Source of the DNA: Campylobacterota bacterium
GTDB taxonomy: Bacteria > Campylobacterota > Campylobacteria > Campylobacterales > Arcobacteraceae
Assembly: GCA_051746405.1 (NCBI GenBank)
Contig: JBNJFB010000053.1
Span: 1-15,355, forward strand
Direction: 5' to 3'
Length of the DNA stretch: 15,355 bases
Shown here: in pieces, positions 8,318-15,355 of the stretch
Layout of the letters: every line of letters starts with the position of its first letter
How positions within the stretch are numbered: position 1 is the stretch's first letter
Notes under the pieces: model-generated
Seen by the model: the letters and a program-made list of their open reading frames with translations, nothing else
What the model was told of the DNA's origin: nothing
The model's database searches: none
Translations under genes and position numbers: made by a program

Positions 8318-8323
8318 TTACTT

Positions 8324-9565
8324 ATGAAAAATGATATTTATAAAAAGATGGAAGTCTTAGCAAACTCAGCAAAATATGATGTATCATGTAGTTCAAGTGG
8401 AAGTGATAATAACCACAAAACAGATCAGTTAGGTGCAACTCAAAACAGTGGTATTTGTCACACATATACAGCAGATGGTAGATGTGTATCTTTATTGAAA
8501 GTACTGTTTACAAATCACTGTATTTATGACTGCTCTTATTGTATAAATAGAAAATCAAATGATATAAGAAGAGAAGCTTTTACTTCACGACAACTTGCTG
8601 ATATTACAATAAATTTTTATAAAAGAAACTATATAGAAGGACTCTTTTTAAGTTCAGGAATTGTAAAAGATGAAGACCATACCATGAACTTAATCTTAAA
8701 GGCACTTAAAATATTAAGGTTTGAGTATAGATTTAATGGATATATTCATGTGAAATTGATTCCAGGGGCTTGTGATGAGCTAATAAAAGAGGTTGTTAGC
8801 TTAGCAAATAGAGTTAGTTCTAATATAGAGCTACCAAGCGATAAATCTTTAAAACTTTTAGCTCCAAATAAAACAAAGCAAAAGGTACTTCAACCCTTAA
8901 AGTATGCAAGGGATATAAGTCTAGAAAAAGATGTAAAACCAATAGGTATGAGTACGCAATTAATAGTAGGAGCAACCCCTGAAAGTGACAGGGATATACT
9001 AAAACTAAGTTCAGTTTTATATGATAAAGCACTTTTAAAAAGAGTATACTATAGTGCATATATTCCTGTAAATGATGATAAAAACTTACCAACAGTTCTT
9101 ACTAAGCCACCCTTACTTCGAGAACATAGACTTTATCAAGCTGACTGGCTACTTAGATTTTATGATTTTACTTGGGATGAGATAGTAAATGACCAAAATC
9201 CAAATTTAGATGAAGAGGTTGATCCAAAAACCTTTTGGGCATTGCAAAATTTACAATACTTTCCAATGGAGATAAACAAAGCAAGCAAAGATGAGCTTTT
9301 AAGGATTCCTGGAATTGGAATAAGAGGAGTTTTTAAGATACTGAAAGCAAGAAGATTTAAAAGCTTGGATTTTCATGATTTAAAAAAGCTAAAAATATCT
9401 TTAAAAAGAGCTAAGTACTTTATCACTTGTAAAGGTAAATATCAAAAAGAGATAGCTTTTTACAAAGAGGATATAAAACTAGCAATAGTAAAGCCTCCAC
9501 AAAAAAAGATAATACAACCAAGCCTTTTTGATATACAGTATAGTTCAATTACAGGTGAATTATAA
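8324..9565 (+). CDS. Putative DNA modification/repair radical SAM protein (TIGR03916 family) with helix-hairpin-helix motif
   Basis: AKYDVSCSSSG, GICHTYTADGRCVSLLK, CIYDCSYC (CxxxCxxC), YIEGLFLSSG, REHRLYQADWLLRFY and HhH LLRIPGIG. Start moved from TTG 8288 to the in-frame ATG at 8324. Confidence 0.92.
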   Translation: MKNDIYKKMEVLANSAKYDVSCSSSGSDNNHKTDQLGATQNSGICHTYTADGRCVSLLKVLFTNHCIYDCSYCINRKSNDIRREAFTSRQLADITINFYKRNYIEGLFLSSGIVKDEDHTMNLILKALKILRFEYRFNGYIHVKLIPGACDELIKEVVSLANRVSSNIELPSDKSLKLLAPNKTKQKVLQPLKYARDISLEKDVKPIGMSTQLIVGATPESDRDILKLSSVLYDKALLKRVYYSAYIPVNDDKNLPTVLTKPPLLREHRLYQADWLLRFYDFTWDEIVNDQNPNLDEEVDPKTFWALQNLQYFPMEINKASKDELLRIPGIGIRGVFKILKARRFKSLDFHDLKKLKISLKRAKYFITCKGKYQKEIAFYKEDIKLAIVKPPQKKIIQPSLFDIQYSSITGEL

Positions 9566-9566
9566 A

Positions 9567-10298
9567 ATGATTTTACAATATGATGGAAGTTTTGAGGGTT
9601 TTTTAACACTTGTTTATGAGGTTTATTATCAAAAGTTAAACCCCTCAAGTATTATAAAAACCCAACCTAAAAATCTTTTACTTGAAGAGGTTTTACAAGT
9701 AAAAACAGATGAACAAAAAGCTATTAAAGTTTTAGATGCTATTGAAAAAAAGTTTTATAAAAAACATTTTGAAAATATTATAAATAGCTTTATGTGTGAT
9801 AGTATAGAGTTTGAAATAAATCTTTTACAATATATTATCGCAGGATTTAAAAACAAAAAAGAGCTTTATAACATAAATAATCCAAATGTGTTTTTTATAG
9901 ATAATCTATTAACAGAACTATTTAGACATATCCATAAAATGAAAGGTTTTACAAGGTTTGAAGAGCTTAAAGATGGTACACTATATGCAAAAGTTGAGAC
10001 AAAATTTAATGTGATATATTTTTTAGGAAAGCATTTTTTAAAAAGATTAAATAATCAAAACTATATAATTCATGATATTAATAGAAAAATAGCATTTATA
10101 AAAAATAGTGAATTTATAGGAGTAAAAGAGGTATTAGAGTTTGAGCAACCAACCCTATCAGATGATGAAAAGATGTTTCAAAACTTATGGAGAACTTTCT
10201 TTGATGCTGTTAGCATAGATACAAGAGAGAATAAAAAGTGTCAACAAAACTATATTCCCCTACTTTATAGAAAATATATGACTGAGTTTATTAATTAA
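9567..10298 (+). CDS. TIGR03915/DUF4130-family putative DNA repair protein
   Basis: Family-type N-terminus MILQYDGSFEGFLTLVY, HKMKGFTRF, IIHDINR and FQNLWRTFF..I.TREN...PLLYRKYMTEF. It is the usual partner of TIGR03916. Start taken as ATG 9567, 1 bp after the upstream stop, with AGGTGA RBS. Confidence 0.88.
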   Translation: MILQYDGSFEGFLTLVYEVYYQKLNPSSIIKTQPKNLLLEEVLQVKTDEQKAIKVLDAIEKKFYKKHFENIINSFMCDSIEFEINLLQYIIAGFKNKKELYNINNPNVFFIDNLLTELFRHIHKMKGFTRFEELKDGTLYAKVETKFNVIYFLGKHFLKRLNNQNYIIHDINRKIAFIKNSEFIGVKEVLEFEQPTLSDDEKMFQNLWRTFFDAVSIDTRENKKCQQNYIPLLYRKYMTEFIN

Positions 10299-10338
10299 CA
10301 TTAAATAAGTACAAAATAGAATTAAAAGCTAATATAAT
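10291..10338 (+). promoter_or_regulatory. Promoter/operator copy A upstream of the lipocalin gene
   Basis: TAACA-N8-GTACAAAAT-N15-TATAAT (TATAAT at 10333-10338), nearly duplicated at 11174-11221. Confidence 0.6.
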
Positions 10339-10364
10339 TTAATATTAAAGTAAAAGGATATTTT

Positions 10365-10874
10365 ATGAGATATATTATTGTTATGGTATTATCACTTCTA
10401 TTTATTGGGTGTAGTACTAAAAATCCACCATTGAAAACAGTTGATAATGTAGATATAAAAAAGTATCTTGGTAAGTGGTATGAAATAGCTAGATACGAAC
10501 ACAGCTTTGAAGAGAATTGTAAAAATGTCAATGCATCATATACTTTAAAAGAAGATAATAAAATAGAAGTTATAAATAGATGTACAGATATAACAACAAA
10601 TGAAAAATCAAAGGCCACAGGTATTGCGTATGCAACAGATAAAACAAATAGCAAGTTAAAAGTTAGTTTTTTTCGACCTTTTTATGGAGACTATTGGATT
10701 TTAATGTTAGCAGATGATTACTCATATGCAGTTGTTGGAAGTCCATCAAGAGAGTATTTATGGATATTATCAAGAACAAAAAAGTTAGATGAGAATACAA
10801 AAAATATGATCTTGGAAAAGTTACCAAAACTTGGCTTTGCAACTAAAAAATTAATCTGGACTATTCAGGAGTAA
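10365..10874 (+). CDS. blc: Bacterial lipocalin lipoprotein (Blc)
   Basis: Lipobox LFIG-C (Cys16); YLGKWYEIAR, GDYWI and YAVVGSPSREYLWILSR lipocalin motifs; AAGGA RBS. Confidence 0.93.
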   Translation: MRYIIVMVLSLLFIGCSTKNPPLKTVDNVDIKKYLGKWYEIARYEHSFEENCKNVNASYTLKEDNKIEVINRCTDITTNEKSKATGIAYATDKTNSKLKVSFFRPFYGDYWILMLADDYSYAVVGSPSREYLWILSRTKKLDENTKNMILEKLPKLGFATKKLIWTIQE

Positions 10875-10877
10875 TTA

Positions 10878-11162
10878 ATGAACTACAAAAAACTTCAAAA
10901 GCCTAAAAAAGCAAAAAAACTAAATGAACAGTTACAAGAGTTTGATGAGAATAGGTTAATTCAAATGGCATGGCAAGATAGAACAACTTTTGATGCTATT
11001 TATTTACAGTATGGTTTGACTGAAAATCAAGTAAAAAAAATCATGAAAAAACTTCTGAGTGCAAAAGCTTTTAAAAGATGGAGAAGTAGAGTTCAAGGAA
11101 GAGCTACTAAGCATAAAAACAAAACATACCATAAACCAACAAGATTTAAAGGTCCTTGGTAA
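10878..11162 (+). CDS. TIGR03643/DUF2805-family small basic protein
   Basis: MAWQDRTTFDAI..QYGLTE.QV..IM...L....FKRWRSRVQGRATKH matches the remembered family signature (MAWEDRTPF...WRKRV.GR.TKH); AGGAG RBS. Confidence 0.85.
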   Translation: MNYKKLQKPKKAKKLNEQLQEFDENRLIQMAWQDRTTFDAIYLQYGLTENQVKKIMKKLLSAKAFKRWRSRVQGRATKHKNKTYHKPTRFKGPW

Positions 11163-11173
11163 GTTAAAATAAA

Positions 11174-11221
11174 TCAACTAACAAATAGTTTGTACAAAAT
11201 GGTATAAAAATAGAATATAAT
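11174..11221 (+). promoter_or_regulatory. Promoter/operator copy B upstream of the phasin-like/ABC1 genes
   Basis: TAACA-N8-GTACAAAAT-N15-TATAAT (TATAAT at 11216-11221); includes the TTGTACAA palindrome at 11190-11197. Confidence 0.6.
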
Positions 11222-11241
11222 AAACAAAAAAAGGAAACAGA

Positions 11242-11505
11242 ATGATTAGAGATTTACTTTTTACAGGATTAGGTGCAGGTGTTATGGTAAAGCAAAAAGT
11301 TGAAGATGAGTTAAAAAAATTAGAAGATAAAGGAAAGATAGACTCTTCTGATATAAAAGGCTTTATAGAATCTTTAGAAAAAAAAGGACAAGACGAAGAA
11401 CAAAGATTAAAACAGCATATCAAAGATAGTGTTAAAGAGTCAATAAAAGAGTTAGGACTTGTAACAAAAGAGGATTTAGAAGAGCTTAAAAAGGACTTAA
11501 AATAA
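11242..11505 (+). CDS. Phasin-like / granule-associated small amphipathic protein
   Basis: LLFTGLGAGV N-terminus, KGKI, and LGLVTKEDLEELK C-terminus typical of the small proteins encoded before ABC1 kinases; AAGGA RBS. Confidence 0.7.
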   Translation: MIRDLLFTGLGAGVMVKQKVEDELKKLEDKGKIDSSDIKGFIESLEKKGQDEEQRLKQHIKDSVKESIKELGLVTKEDLEELKKDLK

Positions 11506-13058
11506 AACCCTTTTTAAGCAAACTAAACCTCTACTCTCCTAAAAGAGTCTATAAAGTCTTTAGGTTTTTAATGACTATTTTTATGGTTATTAAGAAAAAA
11601 GAGAGTTTTTTGTGGATCAAACCTCTTGGACCTAAAGGCTTAAAAACTACTACTATACATTTAGGTGCTAGCTTCATTAAATTAGCTCAAGTTTTAGCAA
11701 CTAGAGCAGATTTTTTTAATGAAGAGTATTTAGTTGAATTAAGACAATTACACGACAAACTTCCTACAATGTCTAATGACAGTTTCCTTAGGGTATTTGC
11801 AAGGGCTTTTGCAAATACCCCTTTTAAAGAGTTTGACAATACAGCAATAGCTTCAGCTTCAATTGGACAGGTTCATATTGCATATTTAAAATCAGGTGAA
11901 AAAGTTGCTGTAAAATTAAGAAGAGAAGATATAAAGCAAAGAGTATTAGCAGATATAAAAATAATAACTTTTTTTAACAAACTATTTAAACCTCTATTCT
12001 CCCATTATACAAAAAACTCTATTGAAGCTGTAATTGATGAGTTTTCATCAATGATTAAGCAAGAAGTTAGTTTAACAACTGAACTGCAAAATCTACAAAA
12101 GTTTAGTGAAACCTATAAAGAACAGAATATAAAGTTTCCTAAGGCATATTCACAGTATTGTAGTGATGATGCTCTTGTTATGAGCTATGAAGAGGGATAT
12201 AGATTTGATGATAAAGAGTCTATTTTAAAATACAATATAGATTTTAATAAGATTATTTCAAATTTAGTTGATTTTTATACAACTCAAATGCTTATAAATG
12301 GCTACTTTCATGCAGACCCACATCCAGGTAATATTCTTATTACAAAAGATGGAGGTATTACTATGCTTGATTTTGGTATGGTAAAAACTGTACCAAATGA
12401 TAAAAGAATTGCAATAATAGAACTAATAAAAGCTGCAAATGAGCAAAATTATGAACTATATATAAGTGCGAGCAAAAGACTTGGTACTATTGCTTATGAA
12501 GCTCCAACTAGTGAACTTGCCCAGTTTACAAGTAAGATGTTTGATATTTTTTCTAACAATAATTTAGATAGTGAATCAATGCAAAAACTTGCTTTTGAAG
12601 TACTACAAAGCACTAGAAATATGCCTTTTAAACTTCCAAGTGATGCTATATATATTTTAAGAGTTAGTGCTATTATTGAAGGGCTAGGTACAACTTATAT
12701 TGAAAACTTCAATGGTGTAAAAGATATTTTACCAATACTTAAAAAAAACTTGCCAAAAGCTTTGGGTGCAAAAGACTCAATTAGTGAAACTATTATTGAT
12801 GAAATAAAAGATATACCATTTACCATTAAAGATATAAAATCAACTTTTAAACAAGCAAGTGAAGGTGAACTAAAAGTTGAATTATCAAGTAATCAATTAC
12901 AGTATCTATCTAAGGAAGCTAAAGAGTATATAAAACCAAAAATAACCTCTTTAGCATTGATTTTATCTTCAATATTTATGATTATATATGACAAAGACTT
13001 AAAACACATAGCCCTTGGAGTTTTTATCTTTGCATTTGCTAGACTATTATACAAATAA
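11502..13058 (+). CDS. ABC1/AarF/UbiB-family atypical kinase (start uncertain: ATA 11502 or ATG 11571)
   Basis: FIKLAQ (KxGQ-like), IASASIGQVH, VAVK, FHADPHPGN and LDFGM motifs plus two C-terminal TM helices. The frame is open back to 11490. Confidence 0.88.
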   Translation: MKPFLSKLNLYSPKRVYKVFRFLMTIFMVIKKKESFLWIKPLGPKGLKTTTIHLGASFIKLAQVLATRADFFNEEYLVELRQLHDKLPTMSNDSFLRVFARAFANTPFKEFDNTAIASASIGQVHIAYLKSGEKVAVKLRREDIKQRVLADIKIITFFNKLFKPLFSHYTKNSIEAVIDEFSSMIKQEVSLTTELQNLQKFSETYKEQNIKFPKAYSQYCSDDALVMSYEEGYRFDDKESILKYNIDFNKIISNLVDFYTTQMLINGYFHADPHPGNILITKDGGITMLDFGMVKTVPNDKRIAIIELIKAANEQNYELYISASKRLGTIAYEAPTSELAQFTSKMFDIFSNNNLDSESMQKLAFEVLQSTRNMPFKLPSDAIYILRVSAIIEGLGTTYIENFNGVKDILPILKKNLPKALGAKDSISETIIDEIKDIPFTIKDIKSTFKQASEGELKVELSSNQLQYLSKEAKEYIKPKITSLALILSSIFMIIYDKDLKHIALGVFIFAFARLLYK

Positions 13059-13069
13059 GGACTAAAAAG

Positions 13070-13990
13070 ATGAATATTGCTATAGTTGGTGCTGGATTTA
13101 GTGGATGTTATTTATATAGTTTATTAAAAGAAAAAGACCCAAAACTTGATGTAAAAATATTTGAAAAATCAAGAGGTACAGGTGGAAGATTAAGTACAAA
13201 ATATATTGAAAATAAGTTTTGTGATTATGGGACACCCTACTTTGAAGCAACTGAGCCTGACTTTATATACTTTTGTAATAAGCTAGTAAAAAAAGAGATT
13301 TTAACAAAAACTACAAATACATATATACCAAAAAGTGGTATTAACAAAATGTGCTCTGCTTTGATTGATAAAAATGACTTAATAAAACAAACAAAAATAG
13401 TGTCATGTGAAAAAATAGATAAAAAATATCTCTTAAAAGATGATAATCAAAATTGTTACAAAAACTTTGATTATGTTTTTATAACTATTCCAGCTACTCA
13501 AGTTTTACAACACCATATAGAATTACAAGAAGATATTAAAAGACAACTTAAAACAGTTTCTTATACTTCAGTTGCTACACTTATTCTTTATTCAAATAAA
13601 AATTTTACAATAAATAGAGATATACAAAACTCTGAATTCTTTAAAAAAGTAGTAAACAATAGTTTAAAATATAACTATAATAACTTTTATAGCTATGTTT
13701 TCCATGTAAATGAAAACTATTCAACATCAAATAATTATAAATCAAAGGATGAGTTAAAAGAAGAGATTTTAAACTATATTAAATATTTTCAAAACAGTGA
13801 TTTAGATACTAATATAGATAAAATTTCCCATCTTTGGAAGTATGCTTTTGTTGAAAAAAGATTAAAAAACAGAGGTTTTTATCTAACACTAGATAAAACA
13901 TTTGGTCTATGTGGTGATTACTTTAAGCATAAAAATCTTCAAGGAAGCTTTTTGAGTACAAAAGAGTTATTTGAAAATCTAAATTTATAA
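13070..13990 (+). CDS. Renalase-like NAD(P)/FAD-dependent oxidoreductase (COG3380-like)
   Basis: IAIVGAGFSG Rossmann motif, FEKSRGTGGRLST, DYGTPYF, WKYA and LCGDY; AAGGA RBS. Confidence 0.88.
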   Translation: MNIAIVGAGFSGCYLYSLLKEKDPKLDVKIFEKSRGTGGRLSTKYIENKFCDYGTPYFEATEPDFIYFCNKLVKKEILTKTTNTYIPKSGINKMCSALIDKNDLIKQTKIVSCEKIDKKYLLKDDNQNCYKNFDYVFITIPATQVLQHHIELQEDIKRQLKTVSYTSVATLILYSNKNFTINRDIQNSEFFKKVVNNSLKYNYNNFYSYVFHVNENYSTSNNYKSKDELKEEILNYIKYFQNSDLDTNIDKISHLWKYAFVEKRLKNRGFYLTLDKTFGLCGDYFKHKNLQGSFLSTKELFENLNL

Positions 13991-13997
13991 AGTAATA

Positions 13998-14816
13998 CTA
14001 GCTACAATCTTCTTTTTTAGATAAAAACTTTAACTCATCACAAGAAAAGCCAGCCTCTTTTCTAGCTTCAAAGTTTAAATCCATTTTTCTTTTAGTTGAA
14101 CCTGGAAATACATCTTCAATAATCTTAATATATGTTGGTTCATACTCTAAATTTTCCATATCACATGCATATTTAAACCATCTATCACCTTTTGTTACAT
14201 GGTCAACCTCTTCTTTTAATATAACTGTTAGAGCATCTAGTATTTTTTTATTAAAAGGGTCATTGTTTGATTTTAGTTTTTCCATTATTTTTGGGTTTTG
14301 ATCTAAGCCATTTGCTTCAAGATATCTAGGAACTGCAGCCATTCTTCTTAAAAACTCAGGAGTTGCTTCCATAGCTTCAAACAGATTTTTATGAACAGGG
14401 AAATCTCCATATTTGCCACCTAGTTCATTTAGAAGTTTTTCTAGCATTAAGAAGTGTCTAATCTCATCATCTGCAACCTCTAACCAATCTTTATAATAAT
14501 CAGTTGGTAAGTTTTTAAATCTCAAAGCTGCATCTAAAGCTAAATCAATAGCACTATACTCTATATGTAAAATAGTATGTAAAAGATACTTTTTACCCTC
14601 AATAGTATTAAAGTTTTTTATTTTTGGTAGAGATGTTGGTTTTACAATATTTAAAAAACTATCGTATGATGGTTTATACAGATTTACTGGAATATATGAC
14701 TCATCAAAAAAATAATCTTCATTTTTAAATTTTTTATAAAAAACTTTAAATTTTTCTATCTTTTGATTTGGTAAATCAGTCAATAATAGTTCTTCTAAGC
14801 AAAAAAAATAATTCAT
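13998..14816 (-). CDS. DUF455 ferritin-like di-iron protein
   Basis: LHTILHIEYSAIDLALD, DEIRHF, VPRYLEANGLD, EEVDHVTKGDRWF and ARKEAGFS motifs; GAGG RBS on the minus strand. Confidence 0.88.
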   Translation of the reverse strand: MNYFFCLEELLLTDLPNQKIEKFKVFYKKFKNEDYFFDESYIPVNLYKPSYDSFLNIVKPTSLPKIKNFNTIEGKKYLLHTILHIEYSAIDLALDAALRFKNLPTDYYKDWLEVADDEIRHFLMLEKLLNELGGKYGDFPVHKNLFEAMEATPEFLRRMAAVPRYLEANGLDQNPKIMEKLKSNNDPFNKKILDALTVILKEEVDHVTKGDRWFKYACDMENLEYEPTYIKIIEDVFPGSTKRKMDLNFEARKEAGFSCDELKFLSKKEDCS

Positions 14817-14831
14817 TTATAACCTCTTTTG

Positions 14832-14855
14832 TGATATAATAACCAAATTTTATCA
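14832..14855. promoter_or_regulatory. Compact bidirectional promoter (two extended -10 elements)
   Basis: Plus strand TGaTATAAT (14832-14840); minus strand TGaTAAAAT (14855-14847); both lie within a 52-bp divergent intergenic region. Confidence 0.65.
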
Positions 14856-14868
14856 AATAAGGTTTAAA

Positions 14869-15355
14869 ATGGATATAAAAGTTCAACCAATGGGCAGTTT
14901 TCAAACAAACTGTTATATAGTTACTATTGACAATAAAGACTTTATTATTGACCCAGGTGTAGATGCAAACAGATGGATAAAACAAAATGCAACCAATCCT
15001 GTAGCAATTCTAAATACACATGGACACTTTGACCATGTATGGTCAAATCAAGAAGTAAAAAATGAGTTTAATATTAAAATCTATACGCCAATTGATGATG
15101 AATTTATGCTAGATAAAGACCCATACGGATTAGGTATGCCTCCTTCTAGTGCTGATATTTTAGTAAAACCAGATGAAGAGCTAATAATCGAGGGAATAAA
15201 AATAAAATTTCATCACTTTCCAGGTCACACACCTGGATGTTCTGCAATTCAGTTTGATGAACATCTATTTACAGGAGATTTTATCTTTAAAGGCTCAATT
15301 GGTAGATTTGATTTTCCAACATCAGATGCAAAAAAAATGAAAGAAAGTATCAAAA
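14869..15355 (+). CDS. MBL-fold metallo-hydrolase (glyoxalase II/GloC-YcbL-like), 3' end beyond the window
   Basis: Absent from the ORF track because it runs off the window. Hand translation gives MDIKVQPMGSFQTNCYIV...IIDPG...LNTHGHFDH...PGHTPG...LFTGDFIFKGSIGRFDFP; AAGG RBS at 14859-14862. Confidence 0.93.
   Translation, partial: MDIKVQPMGSFQTNCYIVTIDNKDFIIDPGVDANRWIKQNATNPVAILNTHGHFDHVWSNQEVKNEFNIKIYTPIDDEFMLDKDPYGLGMPPSSADILVKPDEELIIEGIKIKFHHFPGHTPGCSAIQFDEHLFTGDFIFKGSIGRFDFPTSDAKKMKESIK

Noticed and set aside
8288..8323. TTG start and 12-aa extension of the radical SAM gene
   Set aside because: Coincides with the predicted -35/-10 promoter and has no RBS; ATG 8324 is preferred.
8820..9648. 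ORFs 8820-9092 (+), 9460-9648 (-) and the TTG start at 9528
   Set aside because: They are nested in or antisense to well-supported genes; the TIGR03915 family N-terminus begins at ATG 9567.
8324..10298. Radical SAM pair as an anti-phage defence or RiPP system
   Set aside because: No precursor peptide, SPASM/twitch cysteine pattern or neighbouring defence genes are visible; the motifs match the TIGR03916/TIGR03915 repair-associated pair.
11033..11040. Poly-A tracts as phase-variation sites
   Set aside because: Runs of 7-9 A are common at this base composition, all frames are intact, and there are no long poly-G/C tracts.
10322..11423. Minus-strand ORFs 10322-10654 and 11178-11423
   Set aside because: Antisense shadows of the lipocalin and phasin-like genes with no independent support.
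14776..14985. Minus-strand 69-aa ORF
   Set aside because: Overlaps two real genes and their divergent promoter; no motifs.

Overview
Very AT-rich bacterial window, almost entirely on the + strand. The gene content and promoter style (extended -10, AAGGA ribosome-binding sites, ArsS-type kinase, DUF455 next to an MBL hydrolase) suggest Campylobacterota, probably Arcobacteraceae; this is an inference. In order: (1) the terminus of an IS21-family-like element (1-98) abutting the 3' remnant of a sensor histidine kinase; (2) a membrane-anchored HD-GYP phosphodiesterase followed by an intrinsic terminator; (3) a SulP/DauA-type transporter; (4) an SHP-like cytochrome c / diheme cytochrome c / cytochrome b-DHC fusion / Spy-CpxP-like / OmpR-type regulator / sensor kinase operon; (5) the TIGR03916 radical SAM + TIGR03915 putative DNA-repair pair, apparently transcribed leaderless; (6) lipocalin, TIGR03643-like, phasin-like, ABC1/UbiB-family kinase and renalase-like oxidoreductase genes, two of which are preceded by near-identical promoter/operator segments; (7) a DUF455 ferritin-like gene divergent from a partial MBL-fold hydrolase across a compact bidirectional promoter. 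The best candidate for an undescribed system is block 5-6, a putative co-regulated photo-oxidative/lipid-damage and DNA-repair module. All family assignments come from motif recognition by eye; no database searches were run.
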